Of a stretch of 64,000 nucleotides of DNA, positions 18,931 through 28,615 are shown one piece after another. The stretch covers positions 36,115 through 100,114 of the forward strand of contig JAJDZD010000022.1 of the NCBI GenBank assembly GCA_022824865.1, in the 5' to 3' direction. Within the stretch, counting starts at the first letter, position 1. Each line of letters opens with the position of its first letter. The DNA is from Chloroflexota bacterium. GTDB lineage: Bacteria; Chloroflexota; UBA11872. Under the pieces are notes generated by a model, which was given only the letters and a program-made list of their open reading frames with translations, made no database searches and was not told the origin of the DNA. The translations under genes and the position numbers were made by a program.

Positions 18931-19950
18931 TCAGACCGGCCAGGCGCCGATCTTGCGCAGCGTGGCGTAGATCTCCAGCTGCTGGCGTTCCAGCGTTTCC
19001 CACTGCGCGGCGAAATCCACATCCGACCAGTCGAAGAAGCCGCGGCCGGTTTTCAGCCCGAAATGCCCTTCCTCGACCAAGCGGCGAAGGACGGAGTGCC
19101 CGCTGTCGGCGTTGCACAGGTCGGGCCAGACGCTCTCGGTGCCGTTGAGGGCGATTTCCAGGCCCGCAAGATCGCGATCCTTGATCACACCCATGAGCGG
19201 CATGCGCGGCGAGAACGAGAACGCTGTGAGTTCGTCGATGTCCTCAGCGGAAATGACGCCCCGGTCCACCAGGTCCAGCGCTTCGCGAAACAGGGCCTGG
19301 CGCAGCCGGTTGGCCACCTGGCCGGGCAGGTCCACGTTGATTCGCACGGGTCGCAGGCCAGCGCCGCGCAGCAGGGCCAGCACGGCTTCCACGGTGGCCT
19401 CGCTGGTCAGCTCGCCCTTCGTCACCTCAACCATTGGGCACAGATAAGCCGGTCGAAAGAAGTGGGTGGTGGTGAAGCGATCGGGGCGGCTGGTGGCGTC
19501 GGCCATGAGATGGATCGGAATGCTGGACGTGTTGGAGGCCAGCAACGTCTCCGGGGACAGATGAGAAGCAAGGTCGGCGTAGACGGCGCGCTTGACGTCT
19601 ACCGATTCGGTGACCGCCTCGATGATGAGCGCGGACTGGCCGACGGCGGCCAGGTCGGACGTGAAGTGAAGGCGAGTTGGAACCGCTTCGGCCTGCCCGG
19701 ACGTGACCAGGCCGTACTCGATCATCAGTTCGAGGTTGCGGGCGACCTTGCCGCGGGCGGCGTCGAAGGCGGCGGGGTCGGCGTCGAGAACCGTGACCTG
19801 GTGCCCGGCCAGGGCGAACACCTGGGCGATGCCGTGGCCCATGAGGCCGGCGCCGAGTACCCCTATGGGGGCGCGTGAATCGGAGATGGGCAAACCCTCA
19901 GGCAGCGACCGTGTGGCGGTCATGCTAGTCGCGAAGCCAGCCGCCGACAA
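18931..19950 (-). CDS. 3-hydroxyacyl-CoA / 3-hydroxybutyryl-CoA dehydrogenase
   Basis: IGVLGAGLMGHGIA Rossmann motif plus the HFF.P C-terminal dimerisation domain. The true start may be the internal Met at 19923. Confidence 0.8.
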   Translation of the reverse strand: MSAAGFATSMTATRSLPEGLPISDSRAPIGVLGAGLMGHGIAQVFALAGHQVTVLDADPAAFDAARGKVARNLELMIEYGLVTSGQAEAVPTRLHFTSDLAAVGQSALIIEAVTESVDVKRAVYADLASHLSPETLLASNTSSIPIHLMADATSRPDRFTTTHFFRPAYLCPMVEVTKGELTSEATVEAVLALLRGAGLRPVRINVDLPGQVANRLRQALFREALDLVDRGVISAEDIDELTAFSFSPRMPLMGVIKDRDLAGLEIALNGTESVWPDLCNADSGHSVLRRLVEEGHFGLKTGRGFFDWSDVDFAAQWETLERQQLEIYATLRKIGAWPV

Positions 19951-20065
19951 TCCCCGCGGGGCCGTCCGTGAGCTGCCAGGGTTGACACCGGGGGGCGGTC
20001 AGTTCGGGCGCCCGCGGCCGCGACGGGTAGCCGATAATCCGGCGGCAGGCGCCGGAAGCACCACC

Positions 20066-20440
20066 ATGTCGCTCGAAGCCATCGCGACGAAGCTCGATCA
20101 GGGAATCGCGGAGTTGCGCGCCGGAACGTTGCAGGAGTCCACGCTCGCGGCCATTCGGGAGGAACTGAGGTCCGCGCGCAACGCGCGACAGGATCTGCTG
20201 TACGTGCAAGCGGCCGGTACGGCGCTGGACACCCAGGTGATTGGCATGCGCATGGTCACCGACGGTGAACTCTCGGACGGCGCGGACGATCCCGACGACT
20301 GGCCGTACCAGACGGTCCTGGATGCGATCCGCGACGGCTGGCGCATCATCGAGTTTCCCAATCTCGCCCTGCTGCTCGACGAGTCCCGAACCTACGCCTA
20401 CGGTGCCGAGTTCGTACTCGAGAAGATTCGGAGCGCCTGA
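20066..20440 (+). CDS. small conserved hypothetical protein, partner of PhyH (paralog of 40456-40740)
   Basis: 124 aa. The stop overlaps the PhyH start (TGATG). It shares DG.L...PY..VLDA.RDGWR....EF.LE with the ORF at 40456. The upstream part of the six-frame ORF is antisense to the dehydrogenase gene and was trimmed. Confidence 0.5.
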   Translation: MSLEAIATKLDQGIAELRAGTLQESTLAAIREELRSARNARQDLLYVQAAGTALDTQVIGMRMVTDGELSDGADDPDDWPYQTVLDAIRDGWRIIEFPNLALLLDESRTYAYGAEFVLEKIRSA

Positions 20441-21276
20441 TGGACGCCTCGCACATCGCGCCCACGCTGAGGGACACCCAGGTCCTCGACTTCTGCAAGC
20501 GCGGCTACCTCCTGCTCGACGGCGTCGTGCCCGAGGAGATCAACCGCAAGACGGTCGACTTCGTCGACAACAACCCCTCCCTCGAGCCGACCGACATCCT
20601 GGCCGAGGACTGGTTTGTCGAGAACGTCATCCTCAATCCCGCGGCCGCCGGCGCCATACGCTCGCTGCTGGGTGCGGGGTTCGAGACCCCGGTGCTGATG
20701 AGCAACCACCGCGTGCACATGCCGGCGCCGGCGCAAGGCTGGCATCGTGACGGCGGGTCGCGCTATGGGCCTACGCTGCACTACTTGCAGGTCTTCTATT
20801 ACCCCGAGGCCTGCACGGCTGACATGGGGCCCACCGAGGTGCTCCCGGGCTCGCACTTCCTGTTTCAGCACTCCAGCATGATGGGGCACTACGGAAACCT
20901 GCGGCACGGTGTCAAAACCGTCGCATCCGCCGGCTCGATATTCCTGACCGTCTACTCCATCTGGCACCGTCGTTCCGTGTCGACGGCGCGGGGGACTCGC
21001 AACCTCCTGAAGTACAACTACTGGCGCACGGCGCCGCCGACCCGCGACTGGGTGATTGAGCCGGACTTCGACTTTGCCCTGGCCGACTACACGTTCACGC
21101 GGCGAGGGATGCGGCAGCAGTTCCGGGACACCGTGGATGCGGCCGAGATGTTCTACTGGCTGTGCGGCAAGGCCGGCGAGTACCGAACGATGGGCGGTCA
21201 GGGCTGGCCCATGCCGGGTCACCGCAACGCATCGCCCAGGGGCTTTCCCGGGGAGCCAACTTCAGCCACCTATTGA
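20440..21276 (+). CDS. phytanoyl-CoA dioxygenase (PhyH) family oxygenase
   Basis: WHRDGG (HxD) ... IWHRRS (His). Confidence 0.8.
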   Translation: MDASHIAPTLRDTQVLDFCKRGYLLLDGVVPEEINRKTVDFVDNNPSLEPTDILAEDWFVENVILNPAAAGAIRSLLGAGFETPVLMSNHRVHMPAPAQGWHRDGGSRYGPTLHYLQVFYYPEACTADMGPTEVLPGSHFLFQHSSMMGHYGNLRHGVKTVASAGSIFLTVYSIWHRRSVSTARGTRNLLKYNYWRTAPPTRDWVIEPDFDFALADYTFTRRGMRQQFRDTVDAAEMFYWLCGKAGEYRTMGGQGWPMPGHRNASPRGFPGEPTSATY

Positions 21277-21324
21277 GATGCGCTGGTCGCCGCGGAAACT
21301 CCAGTGAGGCGCGAGCTTACGGCC

Positions 21325-22158
21325 TTACGTGGACGCGGCCGGGAGATACTCGCGGAGATAGCGGACCCCGAGGGGGATTACCTCGATGGGATCGTCGCGG
21401 CCTTCGTAGACCAGGCTGATCCAGCCGTTGTAACGAACCCCGCGGATGGTCTGGAAGATGGTGTCGTAGTCCAGCGACTCTTCCCGGCCCGTGGCGATGC
21501 GGTAGAGCTTGGCGCGGACGGCGGTGGCCAGCGGCGCCGTGAGGGCAATGCTGTTCAGGTAGTCGTGGCGCTCACGCTGCTCGTCGGCGGCGAAGCCCGA
21601 GGCGCCGGGGGACCCGGCGTACTGGCCGGTGTCGAGCACGTGGCCCAGGTTGGGATGGTCGACCTGGCGGATCAGGCGCAGCACGTCTTCGCCGTCGGGG
21701 GCAATCTGCTTGTGATTGTGGTTCTGCAGGGAAACCACGACGCCTACCTCGGCGCCAAACTCGGCACATTCGCGCAGCGCGTCGGCGCAGCGGTCCCAGG
21801 AGGCGGCGCGGTCTTCTTCAGTGGCAGGGCTACCGCTGAACACGCGAACCTGCGGCGCGCCGAACAGAGCCGCACGTTCGATCCAGGTCTTGGTGCGCTG
21901 GACGTCGGCGGCCAGGTCGTCAGCGGGGCGGGCGAAGTTGTTGGAAATGGCGATGCAGGGGATATCCAGACCGCGGTCCAGACACTCGCGCTTGACGGCG
22001 AGCAGTGAGGTCCGGTCCACCGCCGGAAACGCGGAGTCGTGCAGGTCTACGCCCTCCACGCTCAGTTCGCGACAGGTGTCCAGGAAGCTCATCAGGTCCA
22101 TCCGGCCATCGTCGAAGGCCTGACGGTAAGACAGGGTGAGGATGCTGAGCCTCAGCAT
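21325..22158 (-). CDS. sugar phosphate isomerase/epimerase (xylose-isomerase-like TIM barrel)
   Basis: VSLQNHNH, HVLDTGQ and WISLVYEG motifs are typical of the AP-endonuclease-2 / xylose-isomerase-like family. Confidence 0.75.
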   Translation of the reverse strand: MLRLSILTLSYRQAFDDGRMDLMSFLDTCRELSVEGVDLHDSAFPAVDRTSLLAVKRECLDRGLDIPCIAISNNFARPADDLAADVQRTKTWIERAALFGAPQVRVFSGSPATEEDRAASWDRCADALRECAEFGAEVGVVVSLQNHNHKQIAPDGEDVLRLIRQVDHPNLGHVLDTGQYAGSPGASGFAADEQRERHDYLNSIALTAPLATAVRAKLYRIATGREESLDYDTIFQTIRGVRYNGWISLVYEGRDDPIEVIPLGVRYLREYLPAAST

Positions 22159-22323
22159 GGGTGCGCCTCGCCGTTGGGACGGTAGGGCTTAGCGTAAGGC
22201 GGCGGGGCGAGTGGGTCGAACGGCGGACTCATGAGGTGGGAGGCTGGCTGTGCGTGATGTCGTGATCGTCGAGAATCGGAACATTGATTACGGGCTCCAA
22301 GCGCTGGTTTATCCGCCCGCGAA

Positions 22324-22584
22324 TCATTCAGAACGAGCCAGAATCCCGCCCTGTAAGTTGTATGCCGCCGGAAAGCCAACACGCTCCGCCCAGGTGATGG
22401 CATCCGGTCGCCGCTCCATCAGCCGCATCGTTGCCGTCACGTCGTCGGAATCGACCTCAAAGTCCCCGCTGCGTATGTCGATCACGACGAAGTCGCCCTT
22501 CGCCGTCCCGCGGGTCAGGTCGCGGATTTTCGTCAGATACAACTCCTTGCCCCGCGACGCCACGCTCTCCTCACCGATAGGCAT
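22324..22584 (-). CDS. small hypothetical protein (~87 aa)
   Basis: The internal Met start MPIGEESVASRGKELYLTKIRDL...GDFVVIDIRSGDFEVDSDD has protein-like composition. No family assigned. Confidence 0.35.
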   Translation of the reverse strand: MPIGEESVASRGKELYLTKIRDLTRGTAKGDFVVIDIRSGDFEVDSDDVTATMRLMERRPDAITWAERVGFPAAYNLQGGILARSE

Positions 22585-22738
22585 CAGGGGCTCTCCTTTG
22601 GCCGAGTGCCAACACGAACCCGGCACAGCGGCTCGATCGCATTCAGGCCGGAAGTCTCCAGAACTCTAGCAATGCACCGCTTCATGTGGCCTCGCAGCCA
22701 CACCGCTGCCTATTGGAGCCGGGCAGGACTTGCCTCGG

Positions 22739-23754
22739 TCAGCTGTTGCCAGACGTGAGGCTGAGCACGCGTCGAATCTGCGCGCCCAGGCCGTCGGCCA
22801 TCGCGGCAAAGCCGGCGTCGTTGGGGTGGACGTGGTCGGCCAGCAGGTCGCCCTGGCCGGGGCCGATGAGACCGTGGCCTTCCAGCAGGATGAGGTTGGC
22901 GTCGCCGAAGCTCTGGCGACGGTAGACGACTTCGCGGATGACGCGGCGATACTCCTCGAGCTTGGCGCCGCCGCGGGTGGTCTGCTCGAATTCACAGGTG
23001 TGGAAGAGGGGGGTGACCATGAGGATGGGAACCTCGGGCTGGTGCCAGCGGAGGATCGCCAGAAACGTGTCGTAGGTGCGTTCGAAGGCGCGCGGCTCTT
23101 CGTAGCTGGAGCCGAAGGTGTTGACGCCGTAGGCCAGCACGACGACGTCGGCGCGCAGCGAGGCGGCGATTTCGGCCATGGCCGGTTCGCCGCGGGCCGA
23201 GCCGCCGACACCGAGGTTGACAAAGTCCACTCCAAGGGTACGAGCGATGCGCGCCGGATAGGTCGTGCCCGGCCGCACGGTGGTGCTGCCGTGGGTGATG
23301 GAATCGCCGTAGAACAGCAGCCGCGGACCGTCCAGCGGCGGAGGCGTCTGAACGCAGGCGTCTTCGGCCACGCCGACGCCGGCAAACCTGACTTCGCCGT
23401 AGGGGGGCATATAGAGTTCGACGCAACGGTCGCGGGCCGGCCCGTCGTAGATCACGCCCTCAGCGGCGCCCAGATCCTGGCAGCGAAGTTGACCGTAGAA
23501 CTCACCGTTCTGGTAGAGGTCGATTTCGGCGTTGGCCCGGTTGGTCTGTTGGGACAACCATTCCGCGCGAACGGCGATGGTGGGACTGTCGGTGCGGAAG
23601 GCGACGCGCACGCCGGAAGCGGCGCAGAGACGCATCCAGGTGTCCGCCGGCAGGCGTTCGCGCCAACTGACGGGCACACGATGGAGCAAGGCGCGGCGTT
23701 CGCCGACCAGGCCGCGGTATTCGAGCTCGGGGGCGAGCGCGTCCAGCCACTTCA
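22739..23754 (-). CDS. SGNH/GDSL-family hydrolase
   Basis: LLFYGDSITHG block I, GVNTFG, and DHVHPND block V. The real start is MKWLDAL. The upstream 291 codons of the ORF are junk. The frame count versus the ORF track is off by 1 nt; coordinates are approximate to within ±1. Confidence 0.7.
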
Positions 23755-23839
23755 TAGAGCGAATGCTACGCCGCCTGCGCGCTGCGCGGGCAATCGGTGA
23801 CAATGCGATGAGCCCGTACCAGCCGGAAAGCCCCGCAGG

Positions 23840-25585
23840 ATGCTGAACAAGGCGGCCGCCGAATTGCTGGAGGGCTTTGCCGACGCGCTGGAGATTCGGG
23901 GGGCCAATACGTTTCGGGTGCGGGCGTTTCGGAACGCGGCGCGGCGGGTGGACTCGCTGACCACGGACGTGGCGGAACTGGTCGAGAGCGGTGAGATCTC
24001 CAAGGTGCGCGGGATTGGCAAGGGCATCGCGGGGGTGCTGGGCGAGTTCGTAGAAAAGGGCCGCGTGGACGAGTACGAGGAGATGCGGGCGGAGATTCCC
24101 GACAGCGTCTTCGAGATGCTGCTGATTCCGGGGCTGGGTCCCAAGACGGCCGCGACGCTGTACAACAAGCACGGGATCGACAGCGTGGACGCGCTGGAGG
24201 AAGCGGCCCGCGAAGGGCGGCTGGCGGGTATCCGCACGATTGGCGCCAAGCGCCAAGCGCGGCTGTTGCGGGAACTGGGCCGGTTTCGAGAGCGGATTGC
24301 GCGGCGGCGGCTGGGCGACGTGCTGCCGATCGCGGAGCGGCTGATCGCGCACGTGGAGGCGGCGCCGGGGGTTCAGACCGTGCAGTACGCGGGCAGCCTG
24401 CGACGGGGTCGGGAGACGATCGGCGACCTGGACATCCTGGCGGCCGCCGACGAACCCGGACCGGTGATGGAGCACTTTGTGGCCGCCGACGATGTGGAAG
24501 AGGTCGTGGGTACCGGCGGGACCAAGACGGCAGTCCTGGTGGGCGGCGGGTTCCAGGTGGACTTGCTGGTGGTGGCGCCGGACGAGTTTGGGGCAGCGCT
24601 GGCGTATTTCACGGGATCGAAGGAACACAACATCGAGATCCGGGCGCGGGCGCTACAACGGGGGTTGTCGCTGAACGAGCGGGGGTTCCTGGACTCGGAA
24701 AGCGGGCAGCGACGTCCGGCGGCGACCGAGCAGGATGTCTATGCGGCGGTTGGACTGCCCTGGATTGACCCGGCGCTGCGCGAGAACCGGGGCGAGATCG
24801 AGGCGGCCGAGGCGGGGGCGCTGCCGGACCTGATCGAGCTTGGCGACATCAAGGGCGAGTTGCACGGGCACTCGCTGTGGAGCGACGGAGCGGGGTCAAT
24901 CGCCCAGATGGTCGATGCCGCCAGGCGGCGCGGATTGGCCTACTTTGCGGTGACCGACCACTCGGGCAGTCTGCCGGTGGCCAACGGCCTGAGTCAGGAG
25001 CGGCTGGCGGAGCAGGCTGAGGAGGTCGCGCGGGAGCGGGGAGCGTCGCAGGACGTACGCGTGCTGCACGGCAGCGAAGTGGAAATCCTGGCCGACGGCA
25101 GCCTGGACTTCAGCGACCAGATCCTGGCCGCGCTGGACGTGGTGGTGGCCTCGATTCACAGCAATTTCAACCAGCCGCCGGAGCAGATGACGGAACGGCT
25201 GATCGCGGCGATCGAGAACCCGCACGTGGACATCATCGGGCACCCAACCGGACGCATGTTGGGGCTGCGGGACGGCTATACGTTTGACGTGGAAGCGGTG
25301 CTGAAGGCTGCGGCCGCCACCGGCACCGCGCTGGAGATTAACGCGGCGCCGGAACGCCTGGATCTTGATGACACGACCGCCCGCCGGGCTGCTGAACTGG
25401 GCGTCCCAATCTCGATCAACAGCGACGCCCATCACCCCGCTAGCCTGGCCTATATGCGCTATGGGGTGCTGACGGCGCGTCGGGCCTGGCTGCGGGCCGA
25501 AGATGTGATCAACGCGCTGTTGCTGGACGACCTGCTGGCCTGGCTGGCGCAGCCAAAGCCGCGGCGTTGGAAGGCTGGGGCGTAG
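23840..25585 (+). CDS. polX: family X DNA polymerase (PolX) with a C-terminal PHP phosphoesterase domain
   Basis: N-terminal HhH (GIGKGIAG), a pol-beta-like nucleotidyltransferase core (GSLRRGRETIGDLDIL), and a PHP domain (HGHSLWSDG...VTDH...HPTGR). Confidence 0.85.
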   Translation: MLNKAAAELLEGFADALEIRGANTFRVRAFRNAARRVDSLTTDVAELVESGEISKVRGIGKGIAGVLGEFVEKGRVDEYEEMRAEIPDSVFEMLLIPGLGPKTAATLYNKHGIDSVDALEEAAREGRLAGIRTIGAKRQARLLRELGRFRERIARRRLGDVLPIAERLIAHVEAAPGVQTVQYAGSLRRGRETIGDLDILAAADEPGPVMEHFVAADDVEEVVGTGGTKTAVLVGGGFQVDLLVVAPDEFGAALAYFTGSKEHNIEIRARALQRGLSLNERGFLDSESGQRRPAATEQDVYAAVGLPWIDPALRENRGEIEAAEAGALPDLIELGDIKGELHGHSLWSDGAGSIAQMVDAARRRGLAYFAVTDHSGSLPVANGLSQERLAEQAEEVARERGASQDVRVLHGSEVEILADGSLDFSDQILAALDVVVASIHSNFNQPPEQMTERLIAAIENPHVDIIGHPTGRMLGLRDGYTFDVEAVLKAAAATGTALEINAAPERLDLDDTTARRAAELGVPISINSDAHHPASLAYMRYGVLTARRAWLRAEDVINALLLDDLLAWLAQPKPRRWKAGA

Positions 25586-25591
25586 CTTGCG

Positions 25592-26923
25592 ATGACTGCG
25601 ACAGTCGGGACGCCCACCACAGCTGCCGGCGGAATCGCCCAGAACCGAGTTAGGCATGAAGACCGGGCGGTGCATGACTGGTACCGGTTCGTCCTGTCAT
25701 TCCCGCCACACCTGGTCCAGACATACGTCGAGCGCTTTGGCCTGAATTCATCCAGCACGGTGCTCGATCCGTTCTGCGGAACCGGAACAACCCTGGTGGA
25801 GTGCAAGAAACTCGGCATCCCGAGCGTGGGACTCGAGCCGAACCCTATGGCGCATTTCGCGAGTGCGGTGAAGGTCAACTGGAATGTTGAACCCGCGGAA
25901 CTTGAGGCGTACGCGCGAGCAGTGGCCGGGATAGCCCGGAAAACCATCGAGGACGGGAGCGTCGATCAATGGGCGGGGCTACCGCTCCTGGCCGGAAACG
26001 GGGATTCACAGGTTCTGTTGCGAGCGCTCTCTCCTGAACAGACGCGGCTGTTGCTGAAAGACTCGATAAGTCCGTTGCCGCTGCACAAGACGCTGGTGCT
26101 GCTGGAGGCCATCGAGAGCCACGGCAACCGACATTTGCAGCGGTCTGGGCGGCTGGCGCTTGCCAACGCGCTGGTACGGCGCATCGGCAACTTGAAGTTC
26201 GGTCCCGAAGTCGGGGTCGGCCAGATCAAGGACGACGCTCCCGCGATCGAGTCCTGGACTGAGGGCATGCGGGCAATGGCCGATGACATACGTTCCGTTC
26301 AAGGACAGACCAGCGTTCCGGCCAGAGCACTCAAGGGGGACGCTCGGCAGGCCGATGAGGTCTTGGAGCCCCAGTCGATCGACGCCGTCATTACGTCGCC
26401 GCCATATCCCAACGAGAAGGACTACACGCGAACGACGCGACTTGAGTCCGTGATTCTCGGGCTGATCCGTGATCGCCCTGAACTGCGCGAACTCAAGCAA
26501 AGCCTGGTTCGGTCAAACACCCGGGGCGTTTACAAGGCCGATACGGACGATCAGGCGGTGGCCGACCACGCGGTGATTCGCAACATTGCCGAGACTATTG
26601 AGCAACGCCGGATCGAGTTGGGCAAGACGTCCGGCTTCGAACGCCTGTATCCGCGAGTCACGCAACTCTACTTTGGCGGCATGGCGCGGCACTTAGCCAG
26701 CCTGCGGTCGGTACTTCGGCCGGGCGCCAGGCTGGCGTATGTGGTCGGTGATCAGGCGTCGTACCTGCGAGTCATGATCCGCACGGGACAAATCCTTGCG
26801 GATCTGGCCCAATCGCTGGGCTATCGGGTTTCCGGCATCGACCTCTTCCGAACAAGGCCTTCGACCGTTACGGGCGATCAGCTTCGGGAGGAAGTCGTGT
26901 TGCTGGAATGGCCAGACAACTGA
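25592..26923 (+). CDS. DNA methyltransferase (N6-adenine / N4-cytosine type, motif I before motif IV)
   Basis: DPFCGTGTT (AdoMet motif I) near residue 60 and SPPY (motif IV) near residue 262. GC content is somewhat lower than in the neighbouring genes. Confidence 0.85.
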   Translation: MTATVGTPTTAAGGIAQNRVRHEDRAVHDWYRFVLSFPPHLVQTYVERFGLNSSSTVLDPFCGTGTTLVECKKLGIPSVGLEPNPMAHFASAVKVNWNVEPAELEAYARAVAGIARKTIEDGSVDQWAGLPLLAGNGDSQVLLRALSPEQTRLLLKDSISPLPLHKTLVLLEAIESHGNRHLQRSGRLALANALVRRIGNLKFGPEVGVGQIKDDAPAIESWTEGMRAMADDIRSVQGQTSVPARALKGDARQADEVLEPQSIDAVITSPPYPNEKDYTRTTRLESVILGLIRDRPELRELKQSLVRSNTRGVYKADTDDQAVADHAVIRNIAETIEQRRIELGKTSGFERLYPRVTQLYFGGMARHLASLRSVLRPGARLAYVVGDQASYLRVMIRTGQILADLAQSLGYRVSGIDLFRTRPSTVTGDQLREEVVLLEWPDN

Positions 26924-27091
26924 ACCCGAGAGGATCTGGAGATCCCTTCTAGCAATCGCTACGTCGCCATCATTGAGGCGATCTTCGGCTCCAAGCACGT
27001 TGCCGGTGATCGCGCGGTTAACTTCGAGCGTGAGGACATCATCGATGTCGCGGCAAGGCTTGGCATCGATCTGCCTAGAAATCTAGGCGAC

Positions 27092-27739
27092 TTGATCTAC
27101 AGCTTCCGCTACAGGATGAATCTTCCGCGCAGCATTCTGGATGCCGCGCCGAGCGGGGAAACCTGGATCATCAGACCCGCAGGACGGGGAAAGTATCGTT
27201 TCGTTCTGGTAAGCGACATTCCGCTGACGCCGAATCCAAACCTTGCCGTCACCAAGATTCCCGACTCCACGCCAGGGATCATTGCCAAGTACGCGTTCAG
27301 TGATGAACAGGCTTTGCTGGCCCGCGTTCGCTATAACAGGTTGGTCGACGTGTTTCTCGGCGTTGCCTGCTATTCGCTTCAGAATCACTTACGCACGACC
27401 GCGCCTGAGATGGGACAGGTCGAAACTGACGAGATCTACATCGGGGTGGACAAGCGGGGCGCTCACTATGCGGTTCCCGTCCAGGCCAAAGGCGGATCGG
27501 ACAGACTCAGCAGAGTCCAGATTGAGCAGGACTTCGCTGTATGTGAATCCAAGCTTCCTTCGCTGATCTGTCGGCCAGTTGGTGCGCAGTTCCTGGTGGA
27601 CGATGTGATTGCGCTCTTCGAACTCGAGCAGGTCGGCGACGACATTCGCATCGCCGCCGAGAAGCACTATCGACTGGTACCGCCGGATGCGGTGACCGAT
27701 GAGGATTTGGGCAGGTATCGACAGCGGCTCGCGGAATAA
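27092..27739 (+). CDS. putative type II restriction endonuclease (PD-(D/E)XK-like), possibly longer at the N-terminus
   Basis: TDEIYIGVD...VPVQAKGG resembles a PD...(D/E)xK core. The annotated start is TTG at 27092. The reading frame is open back to the MTase TGA (26921-26923) with protein-like sequence. Confidence 0.45.
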   Translation: MIYSFRYRMNLPRSILDAAPSGETWIIRPAGRGKYRFVLVSDIPLTPNPNLAVTKIPDSTPGIIAKYAFSDEQALLARVRYNRLVDVFLGVACYSLQNHLRTTAPEMGQVETDEIYIGVDKRGAHYAVPVQAKGGSDRLSRVQIEQDFAVCESKLPSLICRPVGAQFLVDDVIALFELEQVGDDIRIAAEKHYRLVPPDAVTDEDLGRYRQRLAE

Positions 27740-27790
27740 GACCGGACCGGCAGGCCGACACGGACTGCCCGTCATAGGAGGAGTGAACGT

Positions 27791-28564
27791 ATGGACCTGG
27801 GACTGAGCGGGAAGGTTGCGTTGGTGACTGGGGGGAGCCGGGGGATTGGGCGGTCGATTGGGCTGGCGTTGGCGGCTGAGGGCTGCAATGTGGCGATTAC
27901 GGCGCGGGGGCGAGAACGGCTGGAGCAGACGGTGGGAGAGATCGAGGCGGCGGGCGTGAGGGCGGCCGGGTTTCAGCTGGACATGGCCCACGAATCGGCG
28001 TCCGCGCAGGCGGTCGAGCAGACCGCTGAAGCCTTTGGGCGGCTGGACGTGCTGGTGAACAACGTCGGCGGCTCGACCGGCGGCGGGACGTTTCAGGCGG
28101 CCACGGACGACGATTGGGCGGCGACGCTGGACGTGAACCTGTGGCCGGCCATCCGGGCGAGCCGCGCGGCCCTGCCGCACATGCGGGCGCAGGGGGCGGG
28201 GCGGATTATTCACATCACGTCCATCTACGGGCGCGAGCAAGGCGGTCCGCCGACGTACAACGCGGCCAAGTCGGCCATGAACAGCCTGTCCAAGACCATG
28301 GCGCGCGAGCTGGCGCCGGAGGGCATCACGGTGAACGCGGTGGCGCCCGGGTCGATCATCTTTCCGGGCGGCGGCTGGGAACAGCGGATGCAGGCGGATC
28401 CGGAGGGAATGGCGGAGTTCCTGCGGCAGGACTTTCCGATGGGGCGCTTCGGGCACCCCGAGGAAGTGGCGGCCGTGGTGGCGTTCCTGGCGTCGGACCA
28501 GGCCAGCCTGGTCACGGGGGCCTGCCTGAACGTGGACGGCGGGCAGACGCGCGCGAACGTCTGA
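27791..28564 (+). CDS. SDR-family oxidoreductase
   Basis: TGGSRGIG, NNVG and YNAAK (YxxxK) motifs. Confidence 0.85.
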   Translation: MDLGLSGKVALVTGGSRGIGRSIGLALAAEGCNVAITARGRERLEQTVGEIEAAGVRAAGFQLDMAHESASAQAVEQTAEAFGRLDVLVNNVGGSTGGGTFQAATDDDWAATLDVNLWPAIRASRAALPHMRAQGAGRIIHITSIYGREQGGPPTYNAAKSAMNSLSKTMARELAPEGITVNAVAPGSIIFPGGGWEQRMQADPEGMAEFLRQDFPMGRFGHPEEVAAVVAFLASDQASLVTGACLNVDGGQTRANV

Positions 28565-28615
28565 GGCAGCGACCCCTATACTTCGAGTCGCCGACCTGAC
28601 TGGGGCGCCCAGACC

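Noticed and set aside
22730-23800. 356-aa ORF on the plus strand
   Set aside because: Antisense to the SGNH hydrolase gene.
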